64,000 nt of DNA from Candidatus Magasanikbacteria bacterium RIFOXYC2_FULL_42_28 (GCA_001784435.1 MFQZ01000010.1:18917-82916), one strand, 5' to 3'; counted from the stretch's first letter, positions 47,975 to 57,691 are shown. Notes: generated by a model from the letters alone, not told the origin. Translations and numbers: made by a program.

Positions 47975-48037
47975 ATGTTTAGTAGTTTACTAGTTTAATT
48001 GTTTATTACCAAGGCCGGCTAAGTAGCTGGCTTTTTT

Positions 48038-48147
48038 AATGTCAAATTTCCAATTTCCAATGTCAAATCAAATCCAAAGCTCAAATTACAAATTTGGCAT
48101 TTTAATTTTGACATTGATTTGACATTGGAAATTTAGATTTTGAAATT
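48038..48147. repeat. Family A palindromic element
   Basis: Close copy of 25369-25472. Confidence 0.9.
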
Positions 48148-48211
48148 ATTGGACGATATTGCCAAACGGCTAGTATTTATGCTATAATTTCAACATAATT
48201 AACCACTTTTC

Positions 48212-48874
48212 ATGAAGAAAATAATAATTCTATTCGGCCCACCTGGGTCGGGCAAAGGCACACAGGCCAAGTTATTGGCGCAAAAAACCGGTTATACTCA
48301 TATCTCCACCGGTGATTTATTGCGTTCTTTGGGCGCGCGTGAAGATTTAAGCGCGGAGGAGATTAGGGCGCTTCATATTATGCAAGCCGGTGAACTCGTG
48401 CCCGACAAAGTTATTTATGATTTGGTATTTGCGGTTATTGAAAATAATTTAAAAAATGGTACCGGCGTGATTTTAGATGGGGCCATTCGTAATTTGGAGC
48501 AGGCGCGCGCGTATCAGGATTTTTTTGTTAAAAATAATTGGGAGAATGAAATTTTGGCGCTGACTTTGGTTTTAACAGACGAAGAATCAGCTCGTCGTTT
48601 AACCACGCGTCTCGTGTGTCAAAAATGCGGTGAGATCTATCGTAACGATGGTAAAAATTCAGTTTGTAAAAAATGTGGCGCGCAATTGACCGTGCGCCCT
48701 GATGATGATTTTGGGTCTGTGAAAAAACGCCTGAAAGCGCAAGGAAATGCCGCCCTGGCCCCAATTTTGGCTTTTTACGAGGCGTTGGGGGTGTTGCGCT
48801 ATGTTGGCGGCTTAGGCACCATTGATAAGGTAAAAACAGCGTTAGAAGAGGTTTTAGAAGTAGCGGACAAGTAG
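48212..48874 (+). CDS. adk: Adenylate kinase (Zn-LID type)
   Basis: GPPGSGKGTQA, HISTGDLLR, CQKC..CKKC and RPDD. Confidence 0.93.
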   Translation: MKKIIILFGPPGSGKGTQAKLLAQKTGYTHISTGDLLRSLGAREDLSAEEIRALHIMQAGELVPDKVIYDLVFAVIENNLKNGTGVILDGAIRNLEQARAYQDFFVKNNWENEILALTLVLTDEESARRLTTRLVCQKCGEIYRNDGKNSVCKKCGAQLTVRPDDDFGSVKKRLKAQGNAALAPILAFYEALGVLRYVGGLGTIDKVKTALEEVLEVADK

Positions 48875-48931
48875 TATATTTTTTGAATTTGTTTAGGATT
48901 TAGTGTTTAGAATTTAGAGTTTATTAATCGT

Positions 48932-49744
48932 ATGGCTTATATCAAAACCAGACAAGAAATAAATTTAATTTTACAGGGCGGTAAAAAGATGGGCAAAATT
49001 TTGGAGGACTTGGGAAAATTAGCCAAACCCGGAATATCGGCGTATGAGTTGGATTTGATTTCGGAAAAAATGATTATCGCGTCCGGTGGGGTGCCGGCGT
49101 TTAAGGGCTATCAAGGTCGGAAATCCGATCCGCCATTTCCATCCACCACTTGCATGTCCGTTAACGAAGAATTAGTGCACGGCGTGGCGCGGAAAAATTT
49201 AATTTTAAAAGAGGGTGATATTTTTAGTTTGGATATTGGAATGGAATACCCTGTGAATAAAAAAAATAAATCGGGATATTTTACCGATACGGCGATTACT
49301 TTAATTGTGGGTGATAAAAAACCAATTCCCGAGGTGGAAAAATTATTGCGGGTTACGAAAGAAGCATTGGAAGTGGGGATTAAGGCGGCAGTGCCGGGCG
49401 CGCCCGTGTCGGCGATTGGTAAGGCAATTGAGCAATACGTCAATTCACAGGGCAAATACGGCATTGTACGCGACCTCGTGGGCCATGGCGTGGGTCACGC
49501 GGTGCACGAGGACCCGAGAGTGCCGAATTATTATGATAAACGCTTGGATCATTTTATATTAAAACCTGGCATGGTAATCGCCATTGAACCGATGATATCT
49601 TTGGGCGGTTATGAAATTGTGACGGCTGATGACGGTTGGACAATTTCAATGGCCGACTCGTCGCTGTGCGCTCATTTTGAACATACGCTGGTGATTACGG
49701 AAAAAGGAAATAAGGTCGCAACAAGGCGACCGAGTGAAAAATAA
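48932..49744 (+). CDS. map: Methionine aminopeptidase type I
   Basis: SVNEELVHG, DIG..DTA, GHGVG..HEDP, IEPM and AHFEHT. Confidence 0.97.
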   Translation: MAYIKTRQEINLILQGGKKMGKILEDLGKLAKPGISAYELDLISEKMIIASGGVPAFKGYQGRKSDPPFPSTTCMSVNEELVHGVARKNLILKEGDIFSLDIGMEYPVNKKNKSGYFTDTAITLIVGDKKPIPEVEKLLRVTKEALEVGIKAAVPGAPVSAIGKAIEQYVNSQGKYGIVRDLVGHGVGHAVHEDPRVPNYYDKRLDHFILKPGMVIAIEPMISLGGYEIVTADDGWTISMADSSLCAHFEHTLVITEKGNKVATRRPSEK

Positions 49745-49745
49745 T

Positions 49746-50129
49746 ATGAATATTCTCGCTCTTGATTATGGACAAAAAAATATCGGTTTGGCGTGGTGTG
49801 ATACCGGCATTGGCGCGCCATTGCCGTTTGGGGTTATTAAGGGTGGAGATTTTGCCGAATTAGTAAAAGTTATTAAAACCGAAAATATCGATAAAGTAAT
49901 TATTGGTTTGCCTTTGGGAATGGACGGTAAAGAAAAAGCCAATACGGCGCGCGTGCGTGAATTTGGCGAGCAATTAAAAAAACAAATTACCGCGTCGGTA
50001 GAATTTTTTGATGAGCGGTTTTCTTCGCAACAAGCGGACCGCAGTGAAGGAGGAGTATCAAGAGACGAGAAGTCGGCGATGATTATTTTAGAAAGCTATT
50101 TAGCCAGTGTAAAAAATTCCAAACTCTAA
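49746..50129 (+). CDS. yqgF: YqgF/RuvX RNase H-fold nuclease
   Basis: LALDYGQKNIGLA, IGLP, DERFSS and DEKSAMIILE. Confidence 0.93.
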   Translation: MNILALDYGQKNIGLAWCDTGIGAPLPFGVIKGGDFAELVKVIKTENIDKVIIGLPLGMDGKEKANTARVREFGEQLKKQITASVEFFDERFSSQQADRSEGGVSRDEKSAMIILESYLASVKNSKL

Positions 50130-50235
50130 ATACTAAACTCTAAACAAATCCAAATGTTTTAAACTCAAAGTTTTGTTCATTTGAATTTAAAGTTTTGAAC
50201 TTGTTTAGAATTTAGGGTTTAGTATTTAGTGTTTT
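50113..50235. repeat. Family B palindromic element
   Basis: actctaaatactaaactctaaacaaat...ttgtttagaatttagggtttagtatttagtgtt; ends immediately before the recO ATG. Confidence 0.88.
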
Positions 50236-50772
50236 ATGTTGTGTATTGTTTTATCCCGTCGTGATATCCGCGAATTTGATCAGCTGATTACCTTTTACTC
50301 GCGTGACCAAGGCAAAATTGAAGTTTTGGCGCGCGGGATTAAAAAAATTTTAAGTAAAAATTCCGCGTCGCTTGCTCCCGGCAATGTTGTGGAAGCGGAA
50401 ATTATCGCTGGTAAAGAAAATTATATTCTGGGCGGGGTGGAACTATGGCAAAGTTTTAATGAGCACCGCCATAATTTACAAAGCCGACTTTTTTTACAAT
50501 GGAGTTTGTCTTTCGCGTCGGTGTTTTGCGCCAAAGAATTACCGGACGCGATGATGTTTAAATTGTTATATCGTTGGCTCAAATTTTTAAACCGTTCGGC
50601 TTCGCCGACAATATTAGCCGCCGATCACTTTGCCCGGCGGGTGCTGGAATTGTCCGGTTTTGATCCTAATCATGATAAAAAAATAACCAATCATAAGTCA
50701 TTATATACTTTCGCGATTTATCACGCCGAAAAGCATTTAGGTGATTGGGGAAATATGTTAATAATTTACTAA
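50236..50772 (+). CDS. recO: DNA repair protein RecO (short form)
   Basis: IVLSRRDIREFDQLITFYSRDQGKIEVLARGIKK..SK OB-fold N-terminus. Confidence 0.85.
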   Translation: MLCIVLSRRDIREFDQLITFYSRDQGKIEVLARGIKKILSKNSASLAPGNVVEAEIIAGKENYILGGVELWQSFNEHRHNLQSRLFLQWSLSFASVFCAKELPDAMMFKLLYRWLKFLNRSASPTILAADHFARRVLELSGFDPNHDKKITNHKSLYTFAIYHAEKHLGDWGNMLIIY

Positions 50773-50891
50773 GGCCTAATTTACTAATTAACTAATAAAA
50801 TTTCAAATTATTAAATTTATAAATTAGGCATTGGAAATTTTATTAGATATTAGCGAATTAGTTAATTTAAATCGTATATTAAACCTATTAT

Positions 50892-52184
50892 ATGTCAACA
50901 TTTATCAAAGATTTATCTATCAAAGTCGGAGAGTTAGTAACTATCTCTGGTTGGCTGTATAACAAGCGTGGAAGTGGGCCGTTACAATTTTTAGAATTGC
51001 GTGATGGCACTGGTTGGACACAAGCGGTCGCGGCGAAAAAGGATTTGTCAGAGGCGGTTTGGTCGGCGACTGAAAGTGTTGGCCAAGAATCATCGGTAGA
51101 AGTTACCGGTGTCGTGGCTAAACACCCGAAAAAGGAAAATGTTTTTGAATTACAAGTAACCGATTTTAAAATTTTACAAAACGCGGTTGATTACCCAATC
51201 GCGCTTAAAGACCACGGGCCGGATTTTTTAATGGACAATCGGCATTTGTGGTTGCGTAGCAAAAAACAATGGGCAATTTTGCGCGTACGTGATGCGATTA
51301 TCATGGCGATTAATGAATATTTGCATCAGGAAAATTTTATCAAGACTGATTCACCAGTATTTACGCCCAATGCTTGTGAGGGTACAACTACATTGTTTAA
51401 AGTACCATATTTTGATTTGGGCGATGCGTTTCTTTCTCAGTCCGGTCAACTATATATTGAAGCGGCGATTATGTCAGTTGGGCGTTGTTATGATTTTGGG
51501 CCGGTATTCCGTGCAGAAAAATCAAAAACCAAACGTCATTTAACCGAATTTTGGATAATGGATGCCGAAGCCGCATTTGTGGAGCACGAAGAGCATCTGA
51601 AAATTCAAGAGGGTTTGGTACGTCATATTATTCGCTATTGTTTAACTCATTGCGTTGAAGAATTAGCAGTGTTGGAGCGTGATACGGCCAAATTAAAATT
51701 AGCCGACGCGCCGTTTACGCGTTACACTTATGACGAAGCGATTAAAAAATTAAATGAATTGGGTAGTGATATTAAATATGGCGAGGATTTGGGCAATGAT
51801 GACGAAGGAATTTTGACCAAAGACAGCGTCGTGCCGGTGTTTATTGAAAAATGGCCAAAATCAATTAAGCCATTTTATATGAAGCGCGATCCGGAAAACG
51901 CGGATAGAGTTTTAAACGATGATTTAATCGCGACCGACGGTGGGGGAGAATTAATCGGTGGCAGTCAGCGCGAAGATGATCACGATTTGTTATTGGAAAG
52001 AATCAAAGCCGAAGGATTAAATGTTGCCGATTATCAGTGGTATTTGGATTTGCGCAAATTTGGCAGCGTGCCCCATTCTGGCTTTGGCATTGGTTTAGAG
52101 CGCGCCGTGCGTTGGATTTGCGGGGTAGAGCATATTCGCGAGTGTATTCCGTTTCCGCGGACAATTGGGAGGTTGAGACCGTAA
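50892..52184 (+). CDS. asnS: Asparagine-tRNA ligase
   Basis: RHLWLRS, ACEGTTTLF, LSQSGQLY, FRAEKSKTKRHLTEFW and PHSGFGIGLER. Confidence 0.97.
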   Translation: MSTFIKDLSIKVGELVTISGWLYNKRGSGPLQFLELRDGTGWTQAVAAKKDLSEAVWSATESVGQESSVEVTGVVAKHPKKENVFELQVTDFKILQNAVDYPIALKDHGPDFLMDNRHLWLRSKKQWAILRVRDAIIMAINEYLHQENFIKTDSPVFTPNACEGTTTLFKVPYFDLGDAFLSQSGQLYIEAAIMSVGRCYDFGPVFRAEKSKTKRHLTEFWIMDAEAAFVEHEEHLKIQEGLVRHIIRYCLTHCVEELAVLERDTAKLKLADAPFTRYTYDEAIKKLNELGSDIKYGEDLGNDDEGILTKDSVVPVFIEKWPKSIKPFYMKRDPENADRVLNDDLIATDGGGELIGGSQREDDHDLLLERIKAEGLNVADYQWYLDLRKFGSVPHSGFGIGLERAVRWICGVEHIRECIPFPRTIGRLRP

Positions 52185-53186
52185 TTATTTTATATTTAAA
52201 ATCGCCACCTCTGGCATTAAGCCAAAGCGAATAGGCGCGGCGCTTTCGCCAGCTCCGACCGTGGTAAAAATCGGAATGTTGTTGTAGTATTTTAGTCCGC
52301 GATAAAAATTTCGGTGCATTTTGATTTCCGCGCTCACTACCGGCCCCAGGCCCGGCAAATGAATTTGTCCGCCATGCGTGTGGCCGGTCAAAACTAAGTC
52401 CGGTTTTTTAAGTTCCGTTGGCCAGTGTAAGACGCCGTCGGGGTTATGAGTTAAGAAAATCAAGGGCGTGGTTTTATCCCAATTTTTTAATTCGTCAAAA
52501 TTAATTTGTCCGCCCCATAAATCATCCAGTCCAAAAATACAAATATCGCGATTCGGTAATTTGAGACGTTCCAATTTATTTTTTAAAAGCGGAATTTTTA
52601 ATTTGGCCATTTGGTCGGCTAATACCGGCGCGCGGTTTTCAAACATCATTACGCCTGGCCGGCCGGCACCATATTCGTGGTTGCCCATTACATAATATAT
52701 TGGGAAGCGACCGACCAGTTGCCCGAATGGCGCCATAAAGGCGCTTTCGTTTTCGTCCGTGCCTTCATTATCAATCAAGTCGCCCCCTAACAGTACCAAA
52801 TCCGGGTTCTCGGCAGTAATTTTGTCCACAATTTTTTGCGACCATTTGGTTTTTTTAAGCGACATGCCGAGTTGCAAATCAGCCACAAAAGCAATTTTTA
52901 ATCCGGCGAGCGCGCTTATTTTTATTTTTTTGCGGTGGATAAATAAAAAGTGCGGGGTGGCAAAGGCGACAATTAGTAATATCAGCCCCAGTATCTCCAA
53001 ATATCCGGAAATCATATTAGCCAATAAAAAAATGGCGCCCACAATAAACAGGGTGATAACATGGTAAATCCGCATACGGTAATGACCCAGCCGAACGGTC
53101 GGATGTTTGCGCTCGCGGTATAAAAATATAAACGCGATAATAGCGGTGACAAAGTAGGTATAAGTTAAAATTTGCGCGATATTCAT
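52185..53186 (-). CDS. Membrane-anchored calcineurin-like metallophosphoesterase (YkuE-like)
   Basis: N-terminal TM helices; DLQ, GGDLID, GNHE, HNPD and GHTHGGQ. Confidence 0.9.
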   Translation of the reverse strand: MNIAQILTYTYFVTAIIAFIFLYRERKHPTVRLGHYRMRIYHVITLFIVGAIFLLANMISGYLEILGLILLIVAFATPHFLFIHRKKIKISALAGLKIAFVADLQLGMSLKKTKWSQKIVDKITAENPDLVLLGGDLIDNEGTDENESAFMAPFGQLVGRFPIYYVMGNHEYGAGRPGVMMFENRAPVLADQMAKLKIPLLKNKLERLKLPNRDICIFGLDDLWGGQINFDELKNWDKTTPLIFLTHNPDGVLHWPTELKKPDLVLTGHTHGGQIHLPGLGPVVSAEIKMHRNFYRGLKYYNNIPIFTTVGAGESAAPIRFGLMPEVAILNIK

Positions 53187-53282
53187 ACTAAAATAGGGCA
53201 TTAATTATTATATACCATAAGGTGTTTTTTGACAATATTAGAGCTTGATTTTTTGTCTAATTTATGCTATAATAACAGTATA

Positions 53283-53501
53283 ATGATCTTAAATATGCGC
53301 AATTGGAGCACGGATTTGAAGGAATTAAAGAAGGATAAAAAGCAATATACCATTTGGCGCTTGGAGCAATTGGTGAATTTTGGTTTGGGTAAAGAAAAAT
53401 TAAGTCGGAAACAACTAGTGGATAATTGGTCGGTTTTACATCTTGATCCAAAAAAGAAAAAATATCTAAAACTTTTGCTATGGGGACAAAGAGTATCCTA
53501 A
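53283..53501 (+). CDS. Small putative antitoxin partner of the AbiEii-like gene
   Basis: NWSTD..WRLEQLVNFG..LDPKKKKYLKLLLW; overlaps the toxin start. Start could be 53283 or 53295. Confidence 0.65.
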   Translation: MILNMRNWSTDLKELKKDKKQYTIWRLEQLVNFGLGKEKLSRKQLVDNWSVLHLDPKKKKYLKLLLWGQRVS

Positions 53502-54142
53502 GCGCGAGACAAACTAAGTTGTTAAATTTAATTGGCGCGCAAAAACAAATCACCAATCATTTTTATCTGGGTGGCGGCACGGCGTTGGCTGAATTTTATT
53601 TGCATCATCGCTATTCCGAGGACTTGGATTTTTTTGCCGAAGAAGAATTTGACGCGCAGTCGGTTTCGGTATTTCTGAAAGACATTTCTAAAGAAATGAA
53701 GATAAAAAAAGTTGATTTTGAACAAAGTTTTAATCGAAATTTATTTTTTTTAGATTTTGGCGGTGAGGTTATTAAGACCGAATTTACCTATTATCCGTTC
53801 CCAAGAATTGAGAAGCGTTTAAAAGTAGGGGAATTGGCAGTGGATAGTTTGTTGGATATCGCGGTAAATAAAATTTTTACAATTTACCAAAAACCGCGCG
53901 CTCGAGATTTTATTGATTTGTATTTTATTATCAAAAAAGAAAAGTGGACGGTGGCGGATTTAGTAAAAAAAGCGAAAGTGAAATTTGATTGGCATGTTGA
54001 TTTACTGCAACTGGGGTCACAGTTTTTGCAGGTTGAAACGGTAAAAGATTATCCACGCCTGATAAAAAAAATAAAGCCGGATGTATGGCAGGAATTTTTT
54101 ATTGATGAGGCGAAGGGGTTGGATGCGAAGATTTTAGAGTAA
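53480..54142 (+). CDS. AbiEii/AbiGii-family nucleotidyltransferase toxin
   Basis: FYLGGGTALA..HHRYSEDLDFF, DIAVNK and RARDFIDLY. Confidence 0.9.
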   Translation: MGTKSILSARQTKLLNLIGAQKQITNHFYLGGGTALAEFYLHHRYSEDLDFFAEEEFDAQSVSVFLKDISKEMKIKKVDFEQSFNRNLFFLDFGGEVIKTEFTYYPFPRIEKRLKVGELAVDSLLDIAVNKIFTIYQKPRARDFIDLYFIIKKEKWTVADLVKKAKVKFDWHVDLLQLGSQFLQVETVKDYPRLIKKIKPDVWQEFFIDEAKGLDAKILE

Positions 54143-54195
54143 AAAGATGTGTCAATATAAAATAGAGATACCATAAATGGCATCTCTATTTTTTG

Positions 54196-54279
54196 TGCCG
54201 CGAGAGAGAATCGAACTCTCATGACCTTGCGATCGCTGGATTTTGAGTCCAGTGCGTCTACCAGTTCCGCCATCGCGGC
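54196..54279 (-). tRNA. tRNA-Leu(CAA)
   Basis: gccgcga..GGAACTGGTAGACGC..ctgga-CT-CAA-AA-tccag, long variable arm, GTTCGATT; CCA not encoded. Promoter TTGACA-17-TATAAT at 54320-54292. Confidence 0.97.
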
Positions 54280-54340
54280 TAATATTCACAAATTATACTA
54301 TTTCTTTGCCACTTTGTCAACAATATGGTATAATATGGCC

Positions 54341-55126
54341 ATGTCCAAGATAATTTCTATTGTTAACCAAAAAGGCGGGGTGGGGAAGACCACCACGGCA
54401 GTAAACTTAGCGGCGGCACTGTCCGAGGCCGGTAAATTTGTGCTGTTAATTGATTTAGACCCACAGGGCAATGCCACTTCAGGCTTGGGGATAAAACCGG
54501 ACGAATTGCAACATGGTTTGTACAATGTTTTGATGGGTCAGGCGCGCGGGCATGATGTGGTGTTAAATACCGCTCATGCGGGTTTGCGTGTGATGCCGGC
54601 GACCGCGGATTTGGCCGGAGCGAATGTGGAGTTGGTAAGTATGGAAGGGCGCGAAAGTAAATTGTCCGATATTGTTTCCGAACTGCGCCATGCCTATGAT
54701 TATATCGTTATCGATTGCCCGCCGTCACTCGGAATTTTAACTTTGAATGGCCTCGTCGCGGCTGAACATATTTTAATTCCGGTGCAGGCTGAATATTACG
54801 CGCTTGAAGGTTTGGGACAATTATTAAAAACGATTGAATTAGTCAAAGGACAAATTAAACCGAATTTAGAAATTTTGGGCGCGGTGATTACGATGTTTGA
54901 TGGGCGCAACCGTTTGTCCGGCGAAATTTTACAAGAATTATATAAATTTTTTCCTGATAAAATTTTCCGCAGTGTCATTCCACGCACCGTGCGTTTGGCA
55001 GAAGCGCCGAGTTTTGGAAAAAGTGTAATTCATTATGAGCCGAACGGCAAGGCAGCGAAAGCGTATGGGAGGCTAGCCAAAGAATTGTTAAGTTTTTTTG
55101 GAGAAAAAAATATTGAAATTGAATAA
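54341..55126 (+). CDS. parA: Chromosome partitioning ATPase ParA/Soj
   Basis: NQKGGVGKTTT, DLDPQGNAT, IDCPPSLG and RLAEAPSFG. Start ATG 54341. Confidence 0.97.
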   Translation: MSKIISIVNQKGGVGKTTTAVNLAAALSEAGKFVLLIDLDPQGNATSGLGIKPDELQHGLYNVLMGQARGHDVVLNTAHAGLRVMPATADLAGANVELVSMEGRESKLSDIVSELRHAYDYIVIDCPPSLGILTLNGLVAAEHILIPVQAEYYALEGLGQLLKTIELVKGQIKPNLEILGAVITMFDGRNRLSGEILQELYKFFPDKIFRSVIPRTVRLAEAPSFGKSVIHYEPNGKAAKAYGRLAKELLSFFGEKNIEIE

Positions 55127-55134
55127 TTTTTTAT

Positions 55135-55986
55135 ATGGCCTTAGGTAGAGGACTAAGCGCGTTAATTTCGCCCCATGGCAAAAGCGCGTCCATAACCAGT
55201 AAAACTGAAGCGGGCTCTGACCCAAAAATTTGGCATATTCCGGTTAATAATATTTTGCCCAATCCGGGCCAACCGCGCCGGCATTTCGCGCCCGAAGAAT
55301 TACAAGAGTTGTCCGCGTCCATTAAAGAATATGGCGTGCTACAGCCGATTTTGGTGACGGAAAGAACCGATGGTGGCTACGAACTGGTAGCGGGTGAGCG
55401 GCGTTTGCGCGCCACTAAACTAACCGGCTTGCCGACGATTCCAGCGATAATTAAAAAATTGGCGGATCAGGCCAAATTGGAGATTGCGCTCGTTGAAAAT
55501 ATTCAGCGCGAAAATTTGAATCCGTTGGAAGAAGCATTCGCGTATCAACGTTTGTGTGAAGAATTTAATTTAACCCAGCAAGCCGTGGCTGATAAAGTCG
55601 GCAAAAGCCGGCCGTATGTCGCTAACGCCATTCGGCTGTTGGATTTGCCGGAAGTGGCCAAAAAAGCGTTGTCCGAAGGTAAAATCAGTTATAGCCAAGG
55701 GCGGACGCTTTTGACTTTGCCGGAAGTGGCGCAACAATTAGATTTGCTCGCGTCAATGTTAGGTCAAAAAATTACGGTGCGCGAGTTGGAACGAACCGTC
55801 GCTCAAAAAACCGCCGGTAAATTTTCTCGGCGCGATCCGAATTTGATGTTTTTGGAAGATAAATTACGGAGCGCGCTTGGCGCCAAGGTGGCGATTACCA
55901 AAAAAGGCAACAGTGGCACAGTCGTGATTACTTATCACTCGGACGAAGAATTGAAAAATATTGTTAAGCAGATTGGTGGGGAATGA
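55135..55986 (+). CDS. parB: Chromosome partitioning protein ParB/Spo0J
   Basis: LGRGLSALI, PNPGQPR, AGERRLRA, ENIQRENLNPLEEA and an HTH. Confidence 0.97.
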   Translation: MALGRGLSALISPHGKSASITSKTEAGSDPKIWHIPVNNILPNPGQPRRHFAPEELQELSASIKEYGVLQPILVTERTDGGYELVAGERRLRATKLTGLPTIPAIIKKLADQAKLEIALVENIQRENLNPLEEAFAYQRLCEEFNLTQQAVADKVGKSRPYVANAIRLLDLPEVAKKALSEGKISYSQGRTLLTLPEVAQQLDLLASMLGQKITVRELERTVAQKTAGKFSRRDPNLMFLEDKLRSALGAKVAITKKGNSGTVVITYHSDEELKNIVKQIGGE

Positions 55987-56000
55987 TAAAAAATCAAAAC

Positions 56001-56032
56001 AAAAACGCTCCGTTGGAATGGGAGCGTTTTTT
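56001..56032. terminator. Bidirectional terminator between parB and rel
   Basis: aaaaacgctc..gagcgtttttt. Confidence 0.7.
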
Positions 56033-57537
56033 TAATTTATATCTTTTGGTTTGAGAAAACTTTTTAGCCAGGAACCTTGCGCTGTACTTAATGATGATTT
56101 AATGCGCGTTTTGGCCAAGTGGGTTTTGACAAATTTTAACCAATCCGGTGACGGGCCTTTGCGGTTTTTATCCGTGACTATTTCCACGACATCGCCCGAG
56201 CGCAGAGGGGTGTCCAAACTGACCATTTGATCATTTACCTTGGCACCGTTGCATTTATTACCCACTTCCGAGTGAATGCTGTAAGCAAAATCTACCGGCG
56301 TGGCGTCTTCGGGTAAATCGATAACATCGCCTTTGGGCGTAAAGGCAAAAATGCGATTTTTGAAAAAATCCACCTTCATTTCTTCCAGGTCTTTGATATT
56401 AGTCAAAATTTCTTTTTGGAGTCGGGCTAATTCTTCGGCCCAGCGCAGATCTTTGGCCGGCAGGCGCGCGCCTTTTTCATCGTAGTGCCAATGCGCCGCG
56501 ATACCGTATTCGGATTCTTCATGCATTGCTTTGGTGCGGATTTGAAATTCTACCACCTTACCATCGTCCGTAAAGACAGTGGTGTGGAGCGAGCGGTAAC
56601 CGTTTGGTTTGGGCTGGGCGATGTAATCTTTTATTCGGCCTTTTAGGGGCGACCAATTGTGGTGGATTACTCCAAGCGCGGCGTAACAGTCCGCTAAATT
56701 TTCTACAATAATACGTAAAGCCACGACATCGTGAATGCCGGTTACTTCCCAATTTTTACGTTGTAATTTTTGGTATAAACTGTAGAGTTGTTTTTCGCGG
56801 CCGTGAACATCCACCCATTTTATATTGGATTCATTTAATTTTTCTTTAGTGATTTTAATTGTTTGATTGAGGTAGGTATTTTTTTCGGTGATGGCTTTAT
56901 CGCGAATTTCTTTTACTTCACGATATTCTTTGGGGTGCAGGTAGGGGAACGACAAATCTTCCAGTAGTCCTTTAAATTCGCCAATGCCCAAACGGTTGGC
57001 AATGGGCGCGTAAATTTCCAAACTTTCCGAGGCAACCCGTTGGCGTTTTTTTTCGGGCAGGCCATCGAGTGTGGAAAGATTGTGAATGCGGTCGGCAAAT
57101 TTAATAAGCATCACCCGAATATCTTCGGCCATGGCCATAAACATTTTGCGCAGATTTTCGATGTAGCGTTCTACCCCGCGATATTTTAATTTTCCTAATT
57201 TGGTAATTCCCCGAATCATGTTGCTAATGTCGGCGCCGAATTCTTTTTCAATATCTTCCAAAGTGCGCTCGGTGTCTTCGGGCACATCGTGTAAAAGCGC
57301 GGCGGCCACTATTTGGGGATCAATTTCCATTTGCGCTAAAATATGAGCGGCCGCGAGTGGGTGTTGGATATAGGGCACGCCGGTTTTGCGCATCTGGCCG
57401 GCGTGGGCCGAGTCGGCAAAAGCATACGCTCGCCGTACCAAATCAATTTGGGTTTTATTACAATAAGACAACAATATTTTGATTAAGTCGTCTATTTTTA
57501 GGATCCCGGTTGGGACAATAACGTTTTTGGTAATCAT
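56032..57537 (-). CDS. rel: RelA/SpoT homologue (HD, synthetase and TGS domains; C-terminally short)
   Basis: HAGQMRKTGVPYIQHP, LLHDVPED, KDYIAQPKPNGYRSLHT, EFQIRT and TPVDFAYSIH. Confidence 0.95.
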   Translation of the reverse strand: MITKNVIVPTGILKIDDLIKILLSYCNKTQIDLVRRAYAFADSAHAGQMRKTGVPYIQHPLAAAHILAQMEIDPQIVAAALLHDVPEDTERTLEDIEKEFGADISNMIRGITKLGKLKYRGVERYIENLRKMFMAMAEDIRVMLIKFADRIHNLSTLDGLPEKKRQRVASESLEIYAPIANRLGIGEFKGLLEDLSFPYLHPKEYREVKEIRDKAITEKNTYLNQTIKITKEKLNESNIKWVDVHGREKQLYSLYQKLQRKNWEVTGIHDVVALRIIVENLADCYAALGVIHHNWSPLKGRIKDYIAQPKPNGYRSLHTTVFTDDGKVVEFQIRTKAMHEESEYGIAAHWHYDEKGARLPAKDLRWAEELARLQKEILTNIKDLEEMKVDFFKNRIFAFTPKGDVIDLPEDATPVDFAYSIHSEVGNKCNGAKVNDQMVSLDTPLRSGDVVEIVTDKNRKGPSPDWLKFVKTHLAKTRIKSSLSTAQGSWLKSFLKPKDIN

Positions 57538-57664
57538 AAGGGAGTTTGTTCGTTTAATCGTATCATTTTTTTGGCATCTTGACAAATGCCTCAAAATGTG
57601 CTATAATACCTATTGTGATGTTAAGGTTAATACTTTTTTGATATTTGTGTTTGCCATTCACATT

Positions 57665-57691
57665 AAAAAACCGACCTTTGGGCCGGTTTTT
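57665..57691. terminator. Terminator after topA
   Basis: aaaaaaccgacc-tttg-ggccggttttt. Confidence 0.65.

Noticed and set aside
50762-50891. Possible T-box upstream of asnS
   Set aside because: No GGTGGNACC motif or terminator; the spacer is an AT-rich palindromic repeat.
54049-54273. 74-aa ORF MAELVDALDSKSS...
   Set aside because: It is the translation of the tRNA-Leu gene.
54341-55986. parAB as evidence of a plasmid or of oriC
   Set aside because: These are chromosomal Soj/Spo0J types among housekeeping genes; no rep gene, dnaA or DnaA-box cluster is seen here.
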